The notes under the pieces: model-generated
The model's input: only the letters and a program-made list of their open reading frames with translations
What the model was told of the DNA's origin: nothing
The model's database searches: none
Position numbers and translations under genes: made by a program
Source of the DNA: Eledone cirrhosa
Lineage: Eukaryota
DNA length: 64,000 nt
Reading direction: 5' to 3'
Assembly (NCBI GenBank): GCA_964016885.1
Contig: OZ024762.1
Location: 30,442,001-30,506,000 of the forward strand
Shown here: positions 41,409-53,900 of the stretch, piece after piece
Layout of the letters: each line of letters begins with the position of its first letter
How positions within the stretch are numbered: the first letter of the stretch is position 1

Positions 41409-44400
41409 TTAAGTTCATGGTACTAGCTGTCAGAAGGAACTCCACTGTTGGTGAGAATTCATTTAAGTTCATGGTATTAGCTGTCAGAAGTAACTCCAAT
41501 GTTGGTGAGAATTCATTTAAGTCATGGTACTAGCTGTCAGAAGTAACTCCACTGTTGGTGAGAATTCATTTAAGTTCATGGTATTAGCTGTCAGAAGGAA
41601 CTCCACTGTTGGTGAGAATTCATTTAAGTTCATGGTATTAGCTGTCAGAAGTAACTCCACTGTTGGTGAGAATTCATTTAAGTTCACGGTACTAGCTGTC
41701 AGAAGTAACTCCAATGTTGGTGAGAATTCATATAAGTTCATGGTATTAGCTGTCAGAAGTAACTCCACTGTTGGTGAGAATTCATTTAAGTTCATGGTAC
41801 TAGCTGTCAGAAGTAACTCCACTGTTGGTGAGAATTCATTTAATTTCACGGTACTAGCTGTCAGAAGTAACTCCAATGTTGGTGAGAATTCATATAAGTT
41901 CATGGTATTAGCTGTCAGAAGTAACTCCACTGTTGGTGAGAATTCATTTAAGTTCATGGTACTAGCTGTCAGAAGTAACTCCACTGTTGGTGAGAATTCA
42001 TTTAAGTTCATGGTACTAGCTGTCAGAAGTAACTCCACTGTTGGTGAGAATTCATTTAAGTTCATGGTACTAGCCGTCAGAAGTAACTCCAATGTTGGTG
42101 AGAATTCAGTTAAGTTCATGGTATTAGTTGTCAGAAGTAACTCCACTGTTGGTGAGAATTCGTTTAAGTCATGGTATTAGCTGTCAGAAGTAACTCCATT
42201 GTTGGTGAGAATTCATTTAAGTTCATGGTACTAGCTGTCAGAAGTAACTCCACTGTTGGTGAGAATTCATTTAAGTTCATGGTACTAGCTGTCAGAAGTA
42301 ACTCCACTGTTGGTGAGAATTCATTTAAGTTCATGGTACTAGCTGTCTGAAGTAACTCCACTGTTGGTGAGAATTCATTTAAGTTCATGGTACTAGCTGT
42401 CAGAAGTAACTCCAATGTTGGTGAGAATTCATTTAGGTCATGGTACTAGCTGTCAGAAGTAACTCCACTGTTGGTGAGAATTCATTTAAGTTCATGGTAT
42501 TAGCTGTCAGAAGGAACTCCACTGTTGGTGAGAATTCATTTAAGTTCATGGTATTAGCTGTCAGAAGTAACTCCACTGTTGGTGAGAATTCATTTAAGTT
42601 CATGGTACTAGCTGTCAGAAGGAACTCCAATGTTGGTGAGAATTCATTTAAGTTCATGGTATTAGCTGTCAGAAGTAACTCCACTGTTGGTGAGAATTCA
42701 TTTAAGTTCATGGTATTAGCTGTCAGAAGTAACTCCACTGTTGGTGAGAATTCATTTAAGTTCATGGTACTAGCTGTCAGAAGTAACTCCACTGTTGGTG
42801 AGAATTCATTTAAGTTCATGGTACTAGCTGTCAGAAGTAACCCCAATGTTGGTGAGAATTTAATTACGTTCATGGTATTAGCTGTCAGAAGTCACTCCAC
42901 TGTTGGTGAGAATTCATTTAAGTTCATGGTATTAGCTGTCAGAAGTAACTCCACTGTTGGTGAGAATTCATTTAAGTTCATGGTATTAGCTGTCAGAAGT
43001 AACTCCACTGTTGGTGAGAATTCATTTAAGTTCATGGTATTAGCTGTCAGAAGTAACTCCACTGTTGGTGAGAATTCATTTAAGTTCATGGTACTAGCTG
43101 TCAGAAGTAACTCCACTGTTGGTGAGAATTCATTTAAGTTCATGGTACTAGCCGTCAGAAGTAACTCCAATGTTGGTGAGAATTCAGTTAAGTTCATGGT
43201 ATTAGTTGTCAGAAGTAACTCCACTGTTGGTGAGAATTCATTTAAGTTCATGGTACTAGCCGTCAGAAGTAACTCCAATGTTGGTGAGAATTCAGTTAAG
43301 TTCATGGTATTAGTTGTCAGAAGTAACTCCACTGTTGGTGAGAATTCGTTTAAGTCATGGTATTAGCTGTCAGAAGTAACTCCATTGTTGGTGAGAATTC
43401 ATTTAAGTTCATGGTACTAGCTGTCAGAAGTAACTCCACTGTTGGTGAGAATTCATTTAAGTTCATGGTACTAGCTGTCAGAAGTAACTCCACTGTTGGT
43501 GAGAATTCATTTAAGTTCATGGTACTAGCCGTCAGAAGTAACTCCAATGTTGGTGAGAATTCAGTTAAGTTCATGGTATTAGCTGTCAGAAGTAACTCCA
43601 CTGTTGGTGAGAATTCATTTAAGTTCATGGTACTAGCTGTCAGAAGTAACTCCACTGTTGGTGAGAATTCATTTAAGTTCATGGTACTAGCTGTCAGAAG
43701 TAACCCCAATGTTGGTGAGAATTCATTTACGTTCATGGTATTAGCTGTCAGAAGTCACTCCACTGTTGGTGAGAATTCATTTAAGTTCATGGTATTAGCT
43801 GTCAGAAGTAACTCCAATGTTGGTGAGAATTCATTTAAGTTCATGGTATTAGCTGTCAGAAGTAACTCCACTGTTGGTGAGAATTCATTTAAGTTCATGG
43901 TATTAGCTGTCAGAAGGAACTCCAATGTTGGTGAGAATTCATTTAAGTTCATGGTATTAGCTGTCAGAAGGAACGCCACTGTTGGTGAGAATTCATTTAA
44001 GTCATGGTATTAGCTGTCAGAAGTAACTCCATTGTTGGTGGGCATTCATTTAAGTCATGGTCCTAGCTGTCAGAAGTAACTCCACTGTTGGTGAGAATTC
44101 ATTTAAGTTCATGGTATTAGCTGTCAGAAGGAACTCCACTGTTGGTGAGAATTCATTTAAGTTCATGGTATTAGCTGTCAGAAGTAACTCCACTGTTGGT
44201 GAGAATTCATTTAAGTTCATGGTACTAGCTGTCAGAAGTAACTCCACTGTTGGTGAGAATTCATTTAAGTTCATGGTACTAGCTGTCAGAAGGAACTCCA
44301 CTGTTGGTGAGAATTCATTTAAGTTCATGGTATTAGCTGTCAGAAGTAACTCCAATGTTGGTGAGAATTCATTTAAGTCATGGTACTAGCTGTCAGAAGT

Positions 44401-47400
44401 AACTCCACTGTTGGTGAGAATTCATTTAAGTTCATGGTACTAGCCGTCAGAAGTAACTCCAATGTTGGTGAGAATTCAGTTAAGTTCATGGTATTAGTTG
44501 TCAGAAGTAACTCCACTGTTGGTGAGAATTCGTTTAAGTCATGATATTAGCTGTCAGAAGTAACTCCATTGTTGGTGAGAATTCATTTAAGTTCATGGTA
44601 CTAGCTGTCAGAAGTAACTCCACTGTTGGTGAGAATTCATTTAAGTTCATGGTACTAGCTGTCAGAAGTAACTCCACTGTTGGTGAGAATTCATTTAAGT
44701 TCATGGTACTAGCTGTCAGAAGTAACTCCACTGTTGGTGAGAATTCATTTTAGTTCATGGTACTAGCTGTCTGAAGTAACTCCACTGTTGGTGAGAATTC
44801 ATTTAAGTTCATGGTACTAACTGTCAGAAGTAACTCCAATGTTGGTGAGAATTCATTTAGGTCATGGTACTAGCTGTCAGAAGTAACTCCACTGTTGGTG
44901 AGAATTCATTTAAGTTCATGGTATTAGCTGTCAGAAGGAACTCCACTGTTGGTGAGAATTCATTTAAGTTCATGGTATTAGCTGTCAGAAGTAACTCCAC
45001 TGTTGGTGAGAATTCATTTAAGCTCATGGTACTAGCTGTCAGAAGGAACTCCAATGTTGGTGAGAATTCATTTAAGTTCATGGTATTAGCTGTCAGAAGT
45101 AACTCCACTGTTGGTGAGAATTCATTTAAGTTCATGGTATTAGCTGTCAGAAGTAACTCCACTGTTGGTGAGAATTCATTTAAGTTCATGGTACTAGCTG
45201 TCAGAAGTAACTCCACTGTTGGTGAGAATTCATTTAAGTTCATGGTACTAGCTGTCAGAAGTAACCCCAATGTTGGTGAGAATTTAATTACGTTCATGGT
45301 ATTAGCTGTCAGAAGTCACTCCACTGTTGGTGAGAATTCATTTAAGTTCATGGTATTAGCTGTCAGAAGTAACTCCACTGTTGGTGAGAATTCATTTAAG
45401 TTCATGGTATTAGCTGTCAGAAGTAACTCCACTGTTGGTGAGAATTCATTTAAGTTCATGGTATTAGCTGTCAGAAGTAACTCCACTGTTGGTGAGAATT
45501 CATTTAAGTTCATGGTACTAGCTGTCAGAAGTAACTCCACTGTTGGTGAGAATTCATTTAAATTCATGGTATTAGCTGTCAGAAGTAACTCCACTGTTGG
45601 TGAGAATTCATTTAAGTTCATGGTATTAGCTGTCAGAAGTAACTCCAATGTTGGTGAGAATTCATTTAAGTTCATGGTATTAGCTGTCAGAAGGAACGCC
45701 ACTGTTGGTGAGAATTCATTTAAGTCATGGTATTAGCTGTCAGAAGTAACTCCATTGTTGGTGAGAATTCATTTAAGTCATGGTACTAGCTGTCAGAAGT
45801 AACTCCACTGTTGGTGAGAATTCATTTAAGTTCATGGTATTAGCTGTCAGAAGGAACTCCACTGTTGGTGAGAATTCATTTAAGTTCATGGTATTAGCTG
45901 TCAGAAGTAACTCCACTGTTGGTGAGAATTCATTTAAGTTCATGGTACTAGCTGTCAGAAGTAACTCCACTGTTGGTGAGAATTCATTTAAGTTCATGGT
46001 ACTAGCTGTCAGAAGGAACTCCACTGTTGGTGAGAATTCATTTAAGTTCATGGTATTAGCTGTCAGAAGTAACTCCAATGTTGGTGAGAATTCATTTAAG
46101 TCTTGGTACTTGCTGTCAGAAGTAACTCCACTGTTGGTGAGAATTCATTTAAGTTCATGGTATTAGCTGTCAGAAGGAACTCCACTGTTGGTGAGAATTC
46201 ATTTAAGTTCATGGTATTAGCTGTCAGAAGTAACTCCACTGTTGGTGAGAATTCATTTAAGTTCACGGTACTAGCTGTCAGAAGTAACTCCAATGTTGGT
46301 GAGAATTCATATAAGTTCATGGTATTAGCTGTCAGAAGTAACTCCACTGTTGGTGAGAATTCATTTAAGTTCATGGTACTAGCTGTCAGAAGTAACTCCA
46401 CTGTTGGTGAGAATTCATTTAAGTTCATGGTACTAGCTGTCAGAAGTAACTCCAATGTTGGTGAGAATTCAGTTAAGTTCATGGTATTAGTTGTCAGAAG
46501 TAACTCCACTGTTGGTGAGAATTCATTTAAATCATGGTATTAGTTGTCAGAAGTAACTCCAATGTTGCTGAGAATTCATTTAAGTTCATGGTACTAGCTG
46601 TCAGAAGTAACTCCACTGTTGGTGAGAATTCATTTAAGTTCATGGTACTAGCTGTCAGAAGTAACTCCACTGTTGGTGAGAATTCATTTAAGTTCATGGT
46701 ACTAGCTGTCAGAAGTAACTCCACTGTTGGTGAGAATTCATTTAAGTCATGGTATTAGCTGTCAGAAGTAACTCCATTGTTGGTGAGAATTCATTTAAGT
46801 CATGGTACTAGCTGTCAGAAGGAACTCCACTGTTGGTGAGAATTCATTTAAGTTCATGGTACTAGCTGTCAGAAGTAACTCCACTGTTGGTGAGAATTCA
46901 TTTAAGTTCATGGTACTAGCTGTCAGAAGTAACTCCACTGTTGGTGAGAATTCATTTAAGTTCATGGTATTAGCTGTCAGAAGTCACTCCACTGTTGGTG
47001 AGAATTCATTTAAGTTCATGGTATTAGCTGTCAGAAGTAACTCCACTGTTGGTGAGAATTCATTTAAGTTCATGGTATTAGCTGTCAGAAGTAACTCCAC
47101 TGTTGGTGAGAATTCATTTAAGTTCATGGTACTAGCTGTCAGAAGTAACTCCACTGTTGGTGAGAATTCATTTAAGTTCATGGTACTAGCTGTCAGAAGT
47201 AACTCCACTGTTGGTGAGAATTCATTTAAGTTCATGGTATTAGCTGTCAGAAGTCACTCCACTGTTGGTGAGAATTCATTTAAGTTCATGGTATTAGCTG
47301 TCAGAAGTAACTCCACTGTTGGTGAGAATTCATTTAAGTTCATGGTACTAGCTGTCAGAAGTAACTCCACTGTTGGTGAGAATTCATTTAAGTTCATGGT

Positions 47401-47929
47401 ACTAGCCGTCAGAAGTAACTCCAATGTTGGTGAGAATTCAGTTAAGTTCATGGTATTAGTTGTCAGAAGTAACTCCACTGTTGGTGAGAATTCGTTTAAG
47501 TCATGGTATTAGCTGTCAGAAGTAACTACATTGTTGGTGAGAATTCATTTAAGTTCATGGTACTAGCTGTCAGAAGTAACTCCACTGTTGGTGAGAATTC
47601 ATTTAAGTTCATGGTACTAGCTGTCAGAAGTAACTCCACTGTTGGTGAGAATTCATTTAAGTTCATGGTACTAGCTGTCAGAAGTAACTCCACTGTTGGT
47701 GAGAATTCATTTAAGTTCATGGTACTAGCTGTCTGAAGTAACTCCACTGTTGGTGAGAATTCATTTAAGTTCATGGTACTAGCTGTCAGAAGTAACTCCA
47801 ATGTTGGTGAGAATTCATTTAGGTCATGGTACTAGCTGTCAGAAGTAACTCCACTGTTGCTGAGAATTCATTTAAGTTCATGGTATTAGCTGTCAGAAGT
47901 AACTCCACTGTTGGTGAGAATTCATTTAA

Positions 47930-50900
47930 GTTCATGGTACTAGCTGTCAGAAGGAACTCCAATGTTGGTGAGAATTCATTTAAGTTCATGGTATTAGCTG
48001 TCAGAAGTAACTCCACTGTTGGTGAGAATTCATTTAAGTTCATGGTATTAGCTGTCAGAAGTAACTCCACTGTTGGTGAGAATTCATTTAAGTTCATGGT
48101 ACTAGCTGTCAGAAGTAACTCCACTGTTGGTGAGAATTCATTTAAGTTCATGGTACTAGCTGTCAGAAGTAACCCCAATGTTGGTGAGAATTTATTTACG
48201 TTCATGGTATTAGCTGTCAGAAGTCACTCCACTGTTGGTGAGAATTCATTTAAGTTCATGGTATTAGCTGTCAGAAGTAACTCCACTGTTGGTGAGAATT
48301 CATTTAAGTTCATGGTATTAGCTGTCAGAAGTAACTCCACTGTTGGTGAGAATTCATTTAAGTTCATGGTATTAGCTGTCAGAAGTAACTCCACTGTTGG
48401 TGAGAATTCATTTAAGTTCATGGTACTAGCTGTCAGAAGTAACTCCACTGTTGGTGAGAATTCATTTAAATTCATGGTATTAGCTGTCAGAAGTAACTCC
48501 ACTGTTGGTGAGAATTCATTTAAGTTCATGGTATTAGCTGTCAGAAGTAACTCCATTGTTGGTGAGAATTCATTTAAGTCATGGTACTAGCTGTCAGAAG
48601 TAACTCCACTGTTGGTGAGAATTAATTTAAGTTCATGGTATTAGCTGTCAGAAGGAACTCCACTGTTGGTGAGAATTCATTTAAGTTCATGGTATTAGCT
48701 GTCAGAAGTAACTCCACTGTTGGTGAGAATTCATTTAAGTTCATGGTACTAGCTGTCAGAAGTAACTCCACTGTTGGTGAGAATTCATTTAAGTTCATGG
48801 TACTAGCTGTCAGAAGGAACTCCACTGTTGGTGAGAATTCATTTAAGTTCATGGTATTAGCTGTCAGAAGTAACTCCAATGTTGGTGAGAATTCATTTAA
48901 GTTCATGGTATTAGCTGTCAGAAGGAACTCCACTGTTGGTGAGAATTCATTTAAGTTCATGGTATTAGCTGTCAGAAGTAACTCCACTGTTGGTGAGAAT
49001 TCATTTAAGTTCACGGTACTAGCTGTCAGAAGTAACTCCAATGTTGGTGAGAATTCATATAAGTTCATGGTATTAGCTGTCAGAAGTAACTCCACTGTTG
49101 GTGAGAATTCATTTAAGTTCATGGTACTAGCTGTCAGAAGTAACTCCACTGTTGGTGAGAATTCATTTAAGTTCATGGTACTAGCTGTCAGAAGTAACTC
49201 CACTGTTGGTGAGAATTCATTTAAGTTCATGGTACTAGCTGTCAGAAGTAACTCCAATGTTGGTGAGAATTCAGTTAAGTTCATGGTATTAGTTGTCAGA
49301 AGTAACTCCACTGTTGGTGAGAATTCATTTAAATCATGGTATTAGTTGTCAGAAGTAACTCCAATGTTGCTGAGAATTCATTTAAGTTCATGGTACTAGC
49401 TGTCAGAAGTAACTCCACTGTTGGTGAGAATTCATTTAAGTTCATGGTACTAGCTGTCAGAAGTAACTCCACTGTTGGTGAGAATTCATTTAAGTTCATG
49501 GTACTAGCTGTCAGAAGTAACTCCACTGTTGGTGAGAATTCATTTAAGTCATGGTATTAGCTGTCAGAAGTAACTCCATTGTTGGTGAGAATTCATTTAA
49601 GTCTTGGTACTAGCTGTCAGAAGGAACTCCACTGTTGGTGAGAATTCATTTAAGTTCATGGTACTAGCTGTCAGAAGTAACTCCACTGTTGGTGAGAATT
49701 CATTTAAGTTCATGGTACTAGTTGTCAGAAGTAACTCCACTGTTGGTGAGAATTCATTTAAGTTCATGGTATTAGCTGTCAGAAGTCACTCCACTGTTGG
49801 TGAGAATTCATTTAAGTTCATGGTATTAGCTGTCAGAAGTAACTCCACTGTTGGTGAGAATTCATTTAAGTTCATGGTATTAGCTGTCAGAAGTAACTCC
49901 ACTGTTGGTGAGAATTCATTTAAGTTCATGGTACTAGCTGTCAGAAGTAACTCCACTGTTGGTGAGAATTCATTTAAGTTCATGGTACTAGCTGTCAGAA
50001 GTAACTCCACTGTTGGTGAGAATTCATTTAAGTTCATGGTATTAGCTGTCAGAAGTCACTCCACTGTTGGTGAGAATTCATTTAAGTTCATGGTATTAGC
50101 TGTCAGAAGTAACTCCACTGTTGGTGAGAATTCATTTAAGTTCATGGTACTAGCTGTCAGAAGTAACTCCACTGTTGGTGAGAATTCATTTAAGTTCATG
50201 GTACTAGCTGTCAGAAGTAACTCCAATGTTGGTGAGAATTCATTTAAGTTCATGGTATTAGCTGTCAGAAGTAACTCCACTGTTGGTGAGAATTCATTTA
50301 AGTTCATGGTACTAGCTGTCAGAAGTAACTCCACTGTTGGTGAGAATTCATTTAAGTTCATGGTATTAGCTGTCAGAAGTAACTCCACTGTTGGTGAGAA
50401 TTCATTTAAGTTCATGGTACTAGCTGTCAGAAGTAACCCCAATGTTGGTGAGAATTCATTTAAGTTCATGGTATTAGCTGTCAGAAGTCACTCCACTGTT
50501 GGTGAGAATTCATTTAAGTTCATGGTATTAGCTGTCAGAAGTAACTCCACTGTTGGTGAGAATTCATTTAAGTTCATGGTATTAGCTGTCAGAAGTAACT
50601 CCACTGTTGGTGAGAATTCATTTAAGTTCATGGTATTAGCTGTCAGAAGTAACTCCACTGTTGGTGAGAATTCATTTAAGTTCATGGTACTAGCTGTCAG
50701 AAGTAACTCCACTGTTGGTGAGAATTCATTTAAATTCATGGTATTAGCTGTCAGAAGTAACTCCACTGTTGGTGAGAATTCATTTAAGTTCATGGTATTA
50801 GCTGTCAGAAGTAACTCCAATGTTGGTGAGAATTCATTTAAGTTCATGGTATTAGCTGTCAGAAGGAACGCCACTGTTGGTGAGAATTCATTTAAGTCAT

Positions 50901-53900
50901 GGTATTAGCTGTCAGAAGTAACTCCATTGTTGGTGAGAATTCATTTAAGTCATGGTACTAGCTGTCAGAAGTAACTCCACTGTTGGTGAGAATTCATTTA
51001 AGTTCATGGTATTAGCTGTCAGAAGGAACTCCACTGTTGGTGAGAATTCATTTAAGTTCATGGTATTAGCTGTCAGAAGTAACTCCACTGTTGGTGAGAA
51101 TTCATTTAAGTTCATGGTACTAGCTGTCAGAAGTAACTCCACTGTTGGTGAGAATTCATTTAAGTTCATGGTACTAGCTGTCAGAAGGAACTCCACTGTT
51201 GGTGAGAATTCATTTAAGTTCATGGTATTAGCTGTCAGAAGTAACTCCAATGTTGGTGAGAATTCATTTAAGTTCATGGTATTAGCTGTCAGAAGGAACT
51301 CCACTGTTGGTGAGAATTCATTTAAGTTCATGGTATTAGCTGTCAGAAGTAACTCCACTGTTGGTGAGAATTCATTTAAGTTCACGGTACTAGCTGTCAG
51401 AAGTAACTCCAATGTTGGTGAGAATTCATATAAGTTCATGGTATTAGCTGTCAGAAGTAACTCCACTATTGGTGAGAATTCATTTAAGTTCATGGTACTA
51501 GCTGTCAGAAGTAACTCCACTGTTGGTGAGAATTCATTTAAGTTCATGGTACTAGCTGTCAGAAGTAACTCCACTGTTGGTGAGAATTCATTTAAGTTCA
51601 TGGTACTAGCTGTCAGAAGTAACTCCAATGTTGGTGAGAATTCAGTTAAGTTCATGGTATTAGTTGTCAGAAGTAACTCCACTGTTGGTGAGAATTCATT
51701 TAAATCATGGTATTAGTTGTCAGAAGTAACTCCAATGTTGCTGAGAATTCATTTAAGTTCATGGTACTAGCTGTCAGAAGTAACTCCACTGTTGGTGAGA
51801 ATTCATTTAAGTTCATGGTACTAGCTGTCAGAAGTAACTCCACTGTTGGTGAGAATTCATTTAAGTTCATGGTACTAGCTGTCAGAAGTAACTCCACTGT
51901 TGGTGAGAATTCATTTAAGTCATGGTATTAGCTGTCAGAAGTAACTCCATTGTTGGTGAGAATTCATTTAAGTCATGGTACTAGCTGTCAGAAGGAACTC
52001 CACTGTTGGTGAGAATTCATTTAAGTTCATGGTACTAGCTGTCAGAAGTAACTCCACTGTTGGTGAGAATTCATTTAAGTTCATGGTACTAGCTGTCAGA
52101 AGTAACTCCACTGTTGGTGAGAATTCATTTAAGTTCATGGTATTAGCTGTCAGAAGTCACTCCACTGTTGGTGAGAATTCATTTAAGTTCATGGTATTAG
52201 CTGTCAGAAGTAACTCCACTGTTGGTGAGAATTCATTTAAGTTCATGGTATTAGCTGTCAGAAGTAACTCCACTGTTGGTGAGAATTCATTTAAGTTCAT
52301 GGTACTAGCTGTCAGAAGTAACTCCACTGTTGGTGAGAATTCATTTAAGTTCATGGTACTAGCTGTCAGAAGTAACTCCACTGTTGGTGAGAATTCATTT
52401 AAGTTCATGGTATTAGCTGTCAGAAGTCACTCCACTGTTGGTGAGAATTCATTTAAGTTCATGGTATTAGCTGTCAGAAGTAACTCCACTGTTGGTGAGA
52501 ATTCATTTAAGTTCATGGTACTAGCTGTCAGAAGTAACTCCACTGTTGGTGAGAATTCATTTAAGTTCATGGTACTAGCTGTCAGAAGTAACTCCACTGT
52601 TGGTGAGAATTCATTTAAGTTCATGGTATTAGCTGTCAGAAGTAACTCCAATGTTGGTGAGAATTCATTTAAGTTCATGGTATTAGCTGTCAGAAGGAAC
52701 GCCACTGTTGGTGAGAATTCATTTAAGTCATGGTATTAGCTGTCAGAAGTAACTCCATTGTTGGTGAGAATTCATTTAAGTCATGGTACTAGCTGTCAGA
52801 AGTAACTCCACTGTTGGTGAGAATTCATTTAAGTTCATGGTATTAGCTGTCAGAAGGAACTCCACTGTTGGTGAGAATTCATTTAAGTTCATGGTATTAG
52901 CTGTCAGAAGTAACTCCACTGTTGGTGAGAATTCATTTAAGTTCATGGTACTAGCTGTCAGAAGTAACTCCACTGTTGGTGAGAATTCATTTAAGTTCAT
53001 GGTACTAGCTGTCAGAAGGAACTCCACTGTTGGTGAGAATTCATTTAAGTTCATGGTATTAGCTGTCAGAAGTAACTCCAATGTTGGTGAGAATTCATTT
53101 AAGTTCATGGTATTAGCTGTCAGAAGGAACTCCACTGTTGGTGAGAATTCATTTAAGTTCATGGTACTAGCTGTCAGAAGGAACTCCAATGTTGGTGAGA
53201 ATTCATTTAAGTTCATGGTATTAGCTGTCAGAAGTAACTCCACTGTTGGTGAGAATTCATTTAAGTTCATGGTATTAGCTGTCAGAAGTAACTCCACTGT
53301 TGGTGAGAATTCATTTAAGTTCATGGTACTAGCTGTCAGAAGTAACTCCACTGTTGGTGAGAATTCATTTAAGTTCATGGTACTAGCTGTCAGAAGTAAC
53401 CCCAATGTTGGTGAGAATTTATTTACGTTCATGGTATTAGCTGTCAGAAGTCACTCCACTGTTGGTGAGAATTCATTTAAGTTCATGGTATTAGCTGTCA
53501 GAAGTAACTCCACTGTTGGTGAGAATTCATTTAAGTTCATGGTATTAGCTGTCAGAAGTAACTCCACTGTTGGTGAGAATTCATTTAAGTTCATGGTATT
53601 AGCTGTCAGAAGTAACTCCACTGTTGGTGAGAATTCATTTAAGTTCATGGTACTAGCTGTCAGAAGTAACTCCACTGTTGGTGAGAATTCATTTAAATTC
53701 ATGGTATTAGCTGTCAGAAGTAACTCCACTGTTGGTGAGAATTCATTTAAGTTCATGGTATTAGCTGTCAGAAGTAACTCCAATGTTGGTGAGAATTCAT
53801 TTAAGTCATGGTACTAGCTGTCAGAAGTAACTCCACTGTTGGTGAGAATTAATTTAAGTTCATGGTATTAGCTGTCAGAAGGAACTCCACTGTTGGTGAG

